Assembly: GCA_019058445.1 (NCBI GenBank)
Contig: JAHPZA010000004.1
Coordinates: 32,001-96,000, forward strand
Direction: 5' to 3'
Length of the DNA: 64,000 nucleotides
Source of the DNA: Promethearchaeota archaeon
GTDB lineage: Archaea; Asgardarchaeota; Lokiarchaeia; Sigyniarchaeales; SOKP01
The notes under the pieces are model-generated. The model worked only from the letters and a program-made list of their open reading frames with translations, was not told the origin of the DNA and made no database searches. Every line of letters begins with the position of its first letter. The first letter of the stretch is position 1. The position numbers were made by a program, and so were the translations under genes. Below, one piece after another: positions 1 to 9,177 of the stretch.

Positions 1-1011
1 TTTGATACCGCAATCATAACCCGAGATAAAGAACCGTGCGATTGTTATAATTCTACGGATGGTTATGATGATATTTTTATAGACATTGTAGAGGATGATT
101 GCGAAGCATGGGGTCTCTTTGAAGATTTTGAAAGCGAAGATGATGATGATTTTGATAAAATTTTTGATAAATGTGTCGAATTATTGAGAGATGAAATTAT
201 TGATGTTTTTATAATATTACCTGATGATTTTTCGGAAACAATTACAAATGATACTAACACAGAAATCATTTATTATATTGATGGTTCCGATCAACAGGCA
301 AAGGATGCGGTTGAAGTAGCATTGCAAGAACCAATAGGTAAATTTAGATTAGAAATAGATAAAACTACCAATTTTACTACAATGTCTCCCTATTTAGAAT
401 ATGAAGTACCTTTCTGGGAATCTCAGGTGTTAAATTATGCATTTGCCTTGATTGCATCAATGCTTATCTTAGGATTATTAATGAATCTCACATCCTTGTC
501 AATTGTTTCAGAAAAACCACTTCCTCGTATGTTGTTAACTCCAACAGCAAAGGACGAGATTATTTTAAGTAAATTAATTGCCAATACAATTATCATGATT
601 CTACAAGTAACTGAAATTTTCGTAATGTCGGCCATTTTTGGATTATATTGTCTTGGTTCCCTCTTTGAACTTTATTTGGTATTATTAATGACAGGTTTTT
701 GTGGAATATGTATGGGTTTATTTATTTCAGCAATTTCTAAAACTGAACAAGTTGCTAATCAACTCTATATGATGTTCTTTATAACTGTTATTATGTTTTC
801 GGGCGCATTCATCAAAATTGATGCCTTGCCACTCGCAATGCAGATCATTATCAATTCACTTCCGTTAAGCCATGCTATCCCTCTTATTGTGAACATTACA
901 ATGAAAGGACTTCCAATTGATTACGCTCACCTAGGAAGTTTAGCTTTAATATCAACAACCTTTGCCGGTATGGCTTATATCGCATTTAGATTAAAGAAAG
1001 TAGAGGTGTAA
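1..1011 (+). CDS. ABC-2 type exporter permease (5' partial)
   Basis: Frame is open from base 1 through the listed ORF (184-1011). Acidic extracellular loop followed by several TM helices with an ABC-2-like 'EKPLPRMLLTP' motif and 'LPLSHA'. Confidence 0.85.
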   Translation, partial: FDTAIITRDKEPCDCYNSTDGYDDIFIDIVEDDCEAWGLFEDFESEDDDDFDKIFDKCVELLRDEIIDVFIILPDDFSETITNDTNTEIIYYIDGSDQQAKDAVEVALQEPIGKFRLEIDKTTNFTTMSPYLEYEVPFWESQVLNYAFALIASMLILGLLMNLTSLSIVSEKPLPRMLLTPTAKDEIILSKLIANTIIMILQVTEIFVMSAIFGLYCLGSLFELYLVLLMTGFCGICMGLFISAISKTEQVANQLYMMFFITVIMFSGAFIKIDALPLAMQIIINSLPLSHAIPLIVNITMKGLPIDYAHLGSLALISTTFAGMAYIAFRLKKVEV

Positions 1012-1018
1012 ATAGAGA

Positions 1019-2248
1019 TTGGCAAAATCTAAGACATCCGACAATTGGAGCAGTGGAACTTTTTTTAACAGGCTAAGATATAGTTTATGGAGAATTGTAC
1101 GACAGGTAAAAAAGGAATTCCAGCTCTTGAAAATAGATAAGATGAATTTAGTAATTGCGCTATTGATGCCTCCAGGAATAATTATGCTCTTTGCTTTTAT
1201 GTCCACTAGTGCTTCAGTCACCATACCTGTAAAAGTTAGTGTAGTTAGTTATGATTCCAATACCTTTGTAAATCAAAATAACTACTCGATAACAACAAAA
1301 TGGGATAATTATACCGAAATGTATCTGGATGCGGTAAAAGAATCAGAATTACTAGAACTAATTGAATTTTATGACGCAAGTGAAGATGAAAACGAATATG
1401 CTATGGAAACAGCACGAAATGAGATGCGAGATGGGAATATTGAATGCATCATCGTCATTCCCGTCGAATTTTCGGAGTTATTAACGACTGGCTATCCGGG
1501 GATCATAGAACTTATCCCGGATGCTTCTGATGCCGCTTCAATCCAAGATAAACTTAATGCTGTTCAAGATTCGATTAAAATCTTTGTAGAAGAAAATGAT
1601 CTTGATCCCGAATACGTGCTACAAGAATACGAGGAATTCTCAGTTCCATCCAAGTATAATTTTAGATACAACTATAATATGACCGTCTTATTACCGTTTA
1701 TGACTTTTGGAATTTCCTTTGTGTTAACTATATTAGTAGTCGTCCAGGAAAAACCTATCGCAAGACTTTTACTCACGCCAGTACAAAAAGCTGAGATTTT
1801 ACTTTCAAAATATATTGTTTATTCCATCGTATTAGCACTGCAAGTTTTTTTAGTCCTCACGGTTGCGATAGCTAACGGACTTTATGTTGCTGGAAATGTT
1901 ATTGATTTATTTCTCGGTCTATATATGTTAGGGTTTGCTGGAGTGAGTTTAGGGATGTTTGTCAGTACCGTAAGTAATACTAAAACCGAGGCAAATCAAC
2001 TCTTTTTTGCTCTTTTTATTGTTATTATATTATTAAGCGGTATGTTTGTTCCTATAGATGCAATGCCCGATTATTTACAAAATATTGCATATATTCTTCC
2101 ATTATCTCATGGAGCTCCGATTATCAAAGGAATTCTCTCTAAAGGTAAATCTTTTATTGGATTTGACTTTTTTTGGCTACTTGGTATAAGCTCAGTGCTC
2201 ATTATTCTATCATTCTTGGTAATTAATAGAAAACGATATGAGGTGTAA
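1019..2248 (+). CDS. ABC-2 type exporter permease
   Basis: N-terminal TM, large loop, then about 5 TMs. 'EKPIARLLLTP' and 'LPLSHG' match the upstream paralog. TTG start after GAGGTG. Confidence 0.9.
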   Translation: MAKSKTSDNWSSGTFFNRLRYSLWRIVRQVKKEFQLLKIDKMNLVIALLMPPGIIMLFAFMSTSASVTIPVKVSVVSYDSNTFVNQNNYSITTKWDNYTEMYLDAVKESELLELIEFYDASEDENEYAMETARNEMRDGNIECIIVIPVEFSELLTTGYPGIIELIPDASDAASIQDKLNAVQDSIKIFVEENDLDPEYVLQEYEEFSVPSKYNFRYNYNMTVLLPFMTFGISFVLTILVVVQEKPIARLLLTPVQKAEILLSKYIVYSIVLALQVFLVLTVAIANGLYVAGNVIDLFLGLYMLGFAGVSLGMFVSTVSNTKTEANQLFFALFIVIILLSGMFVPIDAMPDYLQNIAYILPLSHGAPIIKGILSKGKSFIGFDFFWLLGISSVLIILSFLVINRKRYEV

Positions 2249-2249
2249 C

Positions 2250-3290
2250 TTGATAAGTACTACAGATGTAAAAGAAATCGTTGTTAATGTAGAAAATTTA
2301 GAAGTAAGTTTCGGAGAAAAAAAAATCATACATAAAGTTTCTTTTAATGTAAACCGAGGTGAGATCATCGGATTTTTTGGAATCTCAGGAGCGGGAAAAA
2401 CTACAATAATTCGCGTTTTAACATGTCAGATAAGTCAAAAAAATTGGACGGGATATGTAAAGGTTACGAATCTTAACCCAGGAAGTAAAAAAAATCACGC
2501 AAAAATACTGAGTAATATCGGATATGTCCCACAATTAGAAGAACTCAATCTCTATTATGACTTAACTCCTCTTAAAAATGTGGAGATATTTGCTTCTTGT
2601 TATAACATGAAAAAAAAAGAAGCTTTAGCTATCGCGAAAGAATTATTTTCAATTTTAGATATCCCAGAAGACACTTGGAATAAACCTTTAAAAAAAATGA
2701 GTGGAGGAGAAAAAAAGAGAGTTTCTATGGCTATTGGCTTAATCCACAAGCCGGACATTCTTTTTTTAGACGAACCTACCACAGGAGTTGATGCTGCTAA
2801 GCGCTATGATGTGCTTTCATATTTAAAAAAGCTTAACCGTAGATTAGGTACCACGATGTTCTTAATAACGCATGATATGGAAGCAGCCTTGATTGTAGAT
2901 CGAGCCGCCATTTTAAGAGACGGAAAACTTCTAGAATTTGACTCTAATTCTAATTTGATTACATCATTGCCAAGTAAAGGTTTAGTAGCGCGATTTTCAA
3001 TAGAAAATTTAAATGAGGAAAAAATAAACATTATCAAACAATTTCCAAATGTTAGTAATATTAAAACTATACGAGTTGGCAATGAGACGTTTGAAGTACT
3101 TATGGACGATTTTGAAAAAAACCTCTCAAAATTAATACAGTTCATGATGGAGAAAGGTTTAAAACTCAATGCAATGAGCCGGGATGTTGCTGCGTTTAGG
3201 AGATACTTTCAACTTAGAATTCAAGAAGAAGAAGAGAAAGAGCGCCGGATAAGAATGCAACAAGAAACAAGTGAAGAGGTGCAGTTTTAA
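2250..3290 (+). CDS. ABC transporter ATP-binding protein (DrrA-like)
   Basis: Walker A GISGAGKT, signature MSGGE, Walker B FLDEP, H-loop ITH. TTG at 2250 follows GAGGTG at 2240-2245 and is preferred over ATG 2238. Confidence 0.92.
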   Translation: MISTTDVKEIVVNVENLEVSFGEKKIIHKVSFNVNRGEIIGFFGISGAGKTTIIRVLTCQISQKNWTGYVKVTNLNPGSKKNHAKILSNIGYVPQLEELNLYYDLTPLKNVEIFASCYNMKKKEALAIAKELFSILDIPEDTWNKPLKKMSGGEKKRVSMAIGLIHKPDILFLDEPTTGVDAAKRYDVLSYLKKLNRRLGTTMFLITHDMEAALIVDRAAILRDGKLLEFDSNSNLITSLPSKGLVARFSIENLNEEKINIIKQFPNVSNIKTIRVGNETFEVLMDDFEKNLSKLIQFMMEKGLKLNAMSRDVAAFRRYFQLRIQEEEEKERRIRMQQETSEEVQF

Positions 3291-6200
3291 CGGAATCCAA
3301 AACTAAGCGCAAAATTAGAGTATTATTAACATTTATAGCTTTTTTCGGTGCCCAATTACTTCTAATTGGGCTTATTAATTACCCATGGATAACCTATTAC
3401 GATGAAAATGAAGTAAAAGATCTTAAAGATAATATGGTGGATTTTGTAAATAGCCATCAAAATCCAGATTCTGATCTTTTTATTGAGCCCACAATAGAGT
3501 CAACCTATAGGGCAATTGATTCACTTAATTTTTCCCATCCTGTTAGTTCCTCTACAAATATAATAAATCCTAGATATAACGACCATCTAAGTGATGATAT
3601 GAGAGATTTCTTTTTTTATTACTTATTTGAGAAACAAAATGATAATGGGTCCTTTTCAGATATTTATGGATTAGGAAACATGTACTCTACGTATCAAGTC
3701 GTTGAAACTATTTACAAATTAGATAGCTCTTTTATGATTTTACGAGATGAAGAATATGAATTTAATAAGATTAGTATGCTTCTTCAGTACTTGGGTAATT
3801 CCTTGGCAGAGAATGGGTACGGATTTAAGTTAAATGAATACTCTCCTATACCTGATATACTGTCAACTTATTGCGCTATAATTTTAGCAAATCGATTCAA
3901 TGCAGAGTCTCTTCTTAAAAATAAAAACATTACTAGGTATGTGAATTCCTCTATTATTGACATTTCGCCAGAATTGACATATTATAGGATCTTGTCTCAT
4001 TTAGAATTAGGGTTGACAATTAACATAACGCAAAAAATAGCTATTCTAGTTTATTTTGCAAGTCTCTATAATAGCCAAGATGGGGGTTTTTCTATAATTG
4101 CTGGAGGTGAGTCAGATGTCCAATCAACCTATTTTGCAATTTCCTCGTTAAATGCAATAAATAGGACGGTCTCTAACCAAAACAAATCACGATATTTCAT
4201 ATTGAATTGTTCAAGTTCAGATGGAGGTTTTGGGTATAGGCCAGACACTGTGAATGCAACGTATAACTCAGATTTTAAATCGGGATGGGCAGCCATGAAA
4301 GCTATTGACATTCTTGAAAAAAATGCCACTGTGAATAACCTCAATAATAATCTATATCGTAAGAATTATTATAATTGGTTATATGCGCATCAAGCAGAGA
4401 ATGGGTTGTTTGGGGAGATTTCACTGCAAGCAAATTATTGGGGTGTATTATCAAATTTTCAAGCTGATCCCGAAAATTTAGCTGATAAGGTGGATATAGA
4501 TGATATCTGGGATTATGTTGAAGACTGTTATGATAGTAGTGAAGGAGGGTTCGGATATAAAGCTGATGAGGAAGCAAGCTTATTTTCGACTTATAGTGCT
4601 CTTAATATTTATGAAATGTTCTATAATTATGATGAATTCGAGGGTGAGCTACCTAATACCAATAAAACTATAGAATATTTAGTTGATAGGCAAAATCAAG
4701 ATGGGGGATTTAATTTAGGTCTTGATTTATATCAAATTACTGCCTTTTTTGGACCATTAAGTGATATTTTTTTAAGTTTATTAAAAACTAATGTTTCTAC
4801 AGTAGAAAGTACATATTGGGCTCTCTCCTCCTTAGATATTTTAGGTGCAATAGATAAAGTATATGAGAAAGATTTAATGCATTGGATGTACTCCTGTCAG
4901 AACGCTGATGGGGGTTTTTCTATAATTTTAGGATTTCACAGTGATACTATATCAACCTATTTTGGATTAGCAGTTTTTAATTTATTAAATACTAAACCGA
5001 TATCCGAAATAGGGCCTATTGAGTTTTTAAAGAATGCTCAAAATGACGAGGGAAGTTTCGATCCTATGCCAGCTCTTTCATTAATATTTGATCTTCCCAC
5101 ATCATTTTTATTAACATATTTCGCAGCCATGGGACTTTACGAATTTGAATATCAACCTGAAGATGTGGAAGAATTAATTGATTGGTATGAAGATTGTTAT
5201 AGTTCAAATACAGGTGGAATGGGAGATAATCCGGGATTCGGAGGTGACTTACGAAATACTCCTTATGGGATAATCCTTATAGAAGAACTTCAATATGATC
5301 AAGCTTTTAACCCTAGACCTTGGACAGAATTAATCACAGTGATAATTTTGACAGAAATTCTACTACTTTTGTTATATGGAATTATAAACGCCATTATGAT
5401 TTTAGATGTAACGATTTCAAAAAAGATAAAGACGAAATTAGGGATTGGGGAAAAGTTTAATATCTCCTATTTAAAAAAGTCGGCTGCGATTTATTGTGAA
5501 AATTTAAATATATTTGCAGGAGGAAAATTAATTGTAGATTCTGTTTCAATGAGATTAGAACATAGTGAAATTTTAGGAGTATTAGGAGAAAGTGGAGCGG
5601 GTAAGTCGACTTTTGTAAAAGCTTTGCTAGGAATGCGTAAGTTCACTGGAATTAATCAAGTGTATGGCATGGATGTAAAAAAGTACTCAAAAAAAATGAG
5701 ACCTATCTATGGATATGTCCCCCAACAACTAATGCTGTATAATAATTTTACTGTTTTACAAAATATTTTCTACTTTGGGAAGAGATATGATTTATCTGAA
5801 AAAGAAATCATAAGTAGGACTAAAAGATTACTAAGATCGTTGGAAATTGAAGACAAAATGTATGAAAAAGTTAAGAACCTTTCAGGAGGGCAGAAACGAC
5901 GAGTAAGCATAGCATTGGCATTAATTCATAATCCTGTTATTCTTTGGATGGATGAGCCGACATCAGGCTTAGATCCTGTGGTACGAGAAAATCTCTGGAT
6001 TGCATTAACCAAAATAAATGAGCAATTTAATACTACATTAATTGTAATTACACATTATCCCGAAGAATCACGTTTCTGTCATCGTGTTGCGATATTTGGG
6101 AGGCAAAAAGGTATGATAGACTATGGGCGTCCAAGGGATTTGCTTACCCAATTACCCGGGCGTGGTCGGAAAATCGAATTATATTTCAATGAGATAAAAG

Positions 6201-6421
6201 AGGAGGCTATTAAGAGATTAGAATCTATTGATGGTGTAGAAACTGTATTAGAGAGGAAAGCAGGGACTGATTTCTTATTGTTTACTGATTTGGACTTGAA
6301 CTCTCTCTTTGAAAAAATTAAACAAGAGTTTCCAAAGTCAATTCCGCAGATGATTCAATCAGATTGTCAAATGGAAGATTTATTCAGAATTTTAGCGTTA
6401 AAGGTGCCTGTAATTGAATAA
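3287..6421 (+). CDS. Prenyltransferase/squalene-oxidase-repeat ectodomain + TM + ABC ATPase fusion
   Basis: Many QNxDGGF ... STY(W/F)A repeats, a TM near 5320-5410, and an intact NBD (GESGAGKS, LSGGQ, MDEP, ITH). The frame stays open upstream of ATG 3434 and encodes a signal anchor (KRKIRVLLTFIAFFGAQLLLIGLI). Exact start uncertain. Confidence 0.85.
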   Translation, partial: LTESKTKRKIRVLLTFIAFFGAQLLLIGLINYPWITYYDENEVKDLKDNMVDFVNSHQNPDSDLFIEPTIESTYRAIDSLNFSHPVSSSTNIINPRYNDHLSDDMRDFFFYYLFEKQNDNGSFSDIYGLGNMYSTYQVVETIYKLDSSFMILRDEEYEFNKISMLLQYLGNSLAENGYGFKLNEYSPIPDILSTYCAIILANRFNAESLLKNKNITRYVNSSIIDISPELTYYRILSHLELGLTINITQKIAILVYFASLYNSQDGGFSIIAGGESDVQSTYFAISSLNAINRTVSNQNKSRYFILNCSSSDGGFGYRPDTVNATYNSDFKSGWAAMKAIDILEKNATVNNLNNNLYRKNYYNWLYAHQAENGLFGEISLQANYWGVLSNFQADPENLADKVDIDDIWDYVEDCYDSSEGGFGYKADEEASLFSTYSALNIYEMFYNYDEFEGELPNTNKTIEYLVDRQNQDGGFNLGLDLYQITAFFGPLSDIFLSLLKTNVSTVESTYWALSSLDILGAIDKVYEKDLMHWMYSCQNADGGFSIILGFHSDTISTYFGLAVFNLLNTKPISEIGPIEFLKNAQNDEGSFDPMPALSLIFDLPTSFLLTYFAAMGLYEFEYQPEDVEELIDWYEDCYSSNTGGMGDNPGFGGDLRNTPYGIILIEELQYDQAFNPRPWTELITVIILTEILLLLLYGIINAIMILDVTISKKIKTKLGIGEKFNISYLKKSAAIYCENLNIFAGGKLIVDSVSMRLEHSEILGVLGESGAGKSTFVKALLGMRKFTGINQVYGMDVKKYSKKMRPIYGYVPQQLMLYNNFTVLQNIFYFGKRYDLSEKEIISRTKRLLRSLEIEDKMYEKVKNLSGGQKRRVSIALALIHNPVILWMDEPTSGLDPVVRENLWIALTKINEQFNTTLIVITHYPEESRFCHRVAIFGRQKGMIDYGRPRDLLTQLPGRGRKIELYFNEIKEEAIKRLESIDGVETVLERKAGTDFLLFTDLDLNSLFEKIKQEFPKSIPQMIQSDCQMEDLFRILALKVPVIE

Positions 6422-8273
6422 ACCTGCATTAAATAAACTTTTTAGAGAAGAAGATGTAAGAGATATCGAATTATCTCTCCTTAAATCTAAGATAAGCAAA
6501 GCAATTAGATTTTCTGAACGATATTGGATGATTTATAAGCAAAAAACATTTGGAATAGCTACAATTATTGATTTAAGTTATAAAAAATCTTATATTGAGG
6601 TATTATTCTCACCTACGATAGATAAAACACAAACTCAAACCTCATTGGTGCAAATCTTTACTCCTGGTAAGACTACATTTAACTTTAATGAGATTCTTAT
6701 CGAACCAGATACTGATGAGGATGGGCTTGTAAGCCCCCAAAAAATAATTCAAAGACTAAATAGATTAATTAAAAAGGAAGTAAATTACCATCTTACCATT
6801 TTAAATTATGAGCTTGAATTATTAAATGAACAATTTGAAAATTATCCAATAGAAGGGAATCCGTACTTTAGAAAAATTATTGTATATTTTCCAAATTATG
6901 TCGTGGAATTAAGAATTAATATAGAAAATTATCCTGAAGTCCCAAGTTTATCTGAAAAAGATCAATTAACTATTAGAAGATTTATTGAACCAATAGCAGA
7001 AAAAATAAGGGTAAAATTATTAGAAAGGTATGGAATATCCGCATTTGAAAGATATGGAGAAGAAGTTCATATTTATGATGATAAATTAGAGATTTTTATA
7101 GAAAAATCTAAAATGCCATTTATAGTGAAATTTAAAAGAGGATTTGAGAAAAGAGTTAGAGAACTATTTAAATTAAAACCTAAAGATGTAATTGAAGATT
7201 ATAAAGACTTAAAATATATTATAAAAGAAAGGGATTTTAACAAAATAGAGCTGATTAAAAACTGGAAAGTTGAGAATGCGCCCCATATTGTCGAGTTAAT
7301 TGAATCAATTTTGGAGATAATGAAAAATTCTCAACATCTTATCCTTAAAAATGTATCACTATTGGATAAAATTCATAATATATCATTTAAAGTTCATAGA
7401 GGACAATCAATTGGCATTTATTATAAGTTAAAAGAACCAAACCATATATTAGCTGAAAATCCTATCATTGAATTATTTCATACAATTGAGGGTAGAAGTG
7501 CCGATTATTCAGGAGAAATTTCTGTTTTTGGTACTAAATACATCCCCAATGGCTATAATAAGAGTGAAGGGATATTGATTACAACCGGTGAAATAGATTC
7601 GAAAATACGAAATATGAAAATTAAAAAAGCAATTCTTTACAATTTATATCTCATAGGAAAGAGAAAAAGCAAAAAAACGTTAATAAACAAGGCACTGGAG
7701 ATAACTGGATTATTATATAGAAAAAACGAAAAAGTGGCTAATTTAACTATATTAGAACAAATTTTATTCTCAATTTCTAGAGCTCTTTTAAGAAGGCAGA
7801 GTATTATAATGGTTTCCATCCCTCTTAGTGAAATAGGACCCTTAGAAAGTGAACAATTTAATCGTTATGTAGAAAACATTAAGCAAGAATTTCATGTTGT
7901 TCTAATAATTCACGGTCCAAAAAGTATTGTTTCAAATTGCGACAAGATTATTACAGTTAAAGATAAACAGGCAGAAATAGGTACAATTAAGCATTATATT
8001 TCAAAAATACCTCAAGCTGGGGAAATTATTACAATTGAATTAGACAAGCCTGATGAAGTTGCTCTTGAAAATATGCTTAAAATTCAAACTGGTATATTTA
8101 TTGAAGAAAGAAAAAATGAAAGATATAAGATATATTGTATAGATGAGAACCCTAATAAAATACTTGTTAAATTATTCGAAACTATTGGAGATCATATGTA
8201 CAATTTTAAAAGACATAAGGCGTCATTAGAAGAATATTTAGAATTTATGGAAATTAAAGAAAAAATGGGATAA
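6414..8273 (+). CDS. Putative UEV/RWD-like domain fused to a degenerate ABC ATPase-like domain
   Basis: 'ENYPEVP' and 'NWKVENAPHIVELIESI' resemble E2/RWD-fold motifs. The C-terminal half follows NBD order but lacks Walker A, LSGGQ and Walker B. Confidence 0.55.
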   Translation: MNKPALNKLFREEDVRDIELSLLKSKISKAIRFSERYWMIYKQKTFGIATIIDLSYKKSYIEVLFSPTIDKTQTQTSLVQIFTPGKTTFNFNEILIEPDTDEDGLVSPQKIIQRLNRLIKKEVNYHLTILNYELELLNEQFENYPIEGNPYFRKIIVYFPNYVVELRINIENYPEVPSLSEKDQLTIRRFIEPIAEKIRVKLLERYGISAFERYGEEVHIYDDKLEIFIEKSKMPFIVKFKRGFEKRVRELFKLKPKDVIEDYKDLKYIIKERDFNKIELIKNWKVENAPHIVELIESILEIMKNSQHLILKNVSLLDKIHNISFKVHRGQSIGIYYKLKEPNHILAENPIIELFHTIEGRSADYSGEISVFGTKYIPNGYNKSEGILITTGEIDSKIRNMKIKKAILYNLYLIGKRKSKKTLINKALEITGLLYRKNEKVANLTILEQILFSISRALLRRQSIIMVSIPLSEIGPLESEQFNRYVENIKQEFHVVLIIHGPKSIVSNCDKIITVKDKQAEIGTIKHYISKIPQAGEIITIELDKPDEVALENMLKIQTGIFIEERKNERYKIYCIDENPNKILVKLFETIGDHMYNFKRHKASLEEYLEFMEIKEKMG

Positions 8274-8312
8274 AATTAATAATCAGAGAAAATAATTAAA
8301 AAAGGTGTTACA

Positions 8313-9125
8313 ATGATAAAAAGACTGTATATTATGAGATATAATGGAACTCTCTTATATTCAAAACATCTTACTGAGGGAGAACGTTTTGATGATAATA
8401 TTTTAATTGGATTTTTTGCTTCATTAGCAAATTTTAGTAGAGAAGCACTAGAAAGTGAAATTCAATATATTGATCTCGGGCATGATAATAAATTAGTGTT
8501 GTTTCCTCATGCAAGTGAAAAATTACTCGCCACAGCTATCGTAAGTTCTATTGATGATAATGAACTTATCATGAAAATTTTGAGAGATATTTTGCAAGAC
8601 TTCATTGGAGCTTTTGCACCAGATTATAATCCAGATGAAATTAATGAAGAAGAGATGGAAAGCATCATTGAATTAAATGTGAGCGGAAAGATAAGTTATC
8701 CATTAATTAAAAGACTTATATTTTCATGGCTTTTGTTAATTCCGCTCTGCATTTTTTTAAATTTCTTAAACATTACTTCGGGAGATTATATCTTTCAAAA
8801 TTTATATCTTGATAAAGATATTTACACACAAGAGGAGATTTATACTGTGGTATTGCCTACAATGATCCGGATTTCTCTAATTGTTTTATTAATTGTATTT
8901 ATATTACCTAATCTAATTTCTGGCTATTTAGTGTTAGATGCAAAGTTTGCCTATTTAAATTCGGTAATATATATTGTCTTAATCATGGTTATATACTTCT
9001 TTACAATAGAATCTCTATTCGCCTATGTTATTCTCGCCTATCTACCGTTGGTTTTCTTAATCTCAATTGGCTTTGCTTACATAGGATTTCGATATGCTAA
9101 AAAGAGAAAAATTATTAGAAATTAG
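8313..9125 (+). CDS. Longin-like N-terminal domain + multi-pass membrane domain
   Basis: 'MIKRLYIMRYNGTLLYSK...LIGFFASLANFSRE' is a longin-like start. About 4 hydrophobic helices follow, then a basic tail. Confidence 0.6.
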   Translation: MIKRLYIMRYNGTLLYSKHLTEGERFDDNILIGFFASLANFSREALESEIQYIDLGHDNKLVLFPHASEKLLATAIVSSIDDNELIMKILRDILQDFIGAFAPDYNPDEINEEEMESIIELNVSGKISYPLIKRLIFSWLLLIPLCIFLNFLNITSGDYIFQNLYLDKDIYTQEEIYTVVLPTMIRISLIVLLIVFILPNLISGYLVLDAKFAYLNSVIYIVLIMVIYFFTIESLFAYVILAYLPLVFLISIGFAYIGFRYAKKRKIIRN

Positions 9126-9177
9126 TTAATTTTCATATCTTAATAATAATACACTTATTAGTAAGCGAATGTAAGGA

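Noticed and set aside
3270-3300. Programmed frameshift fusing the ATPase to the prenyltransferase-repeat protein
   Set aside because: An RBS sits at the same relative position as at the other junctions, so independent initiation is simpler. No convincing slippery heptamer with a downstream structure.
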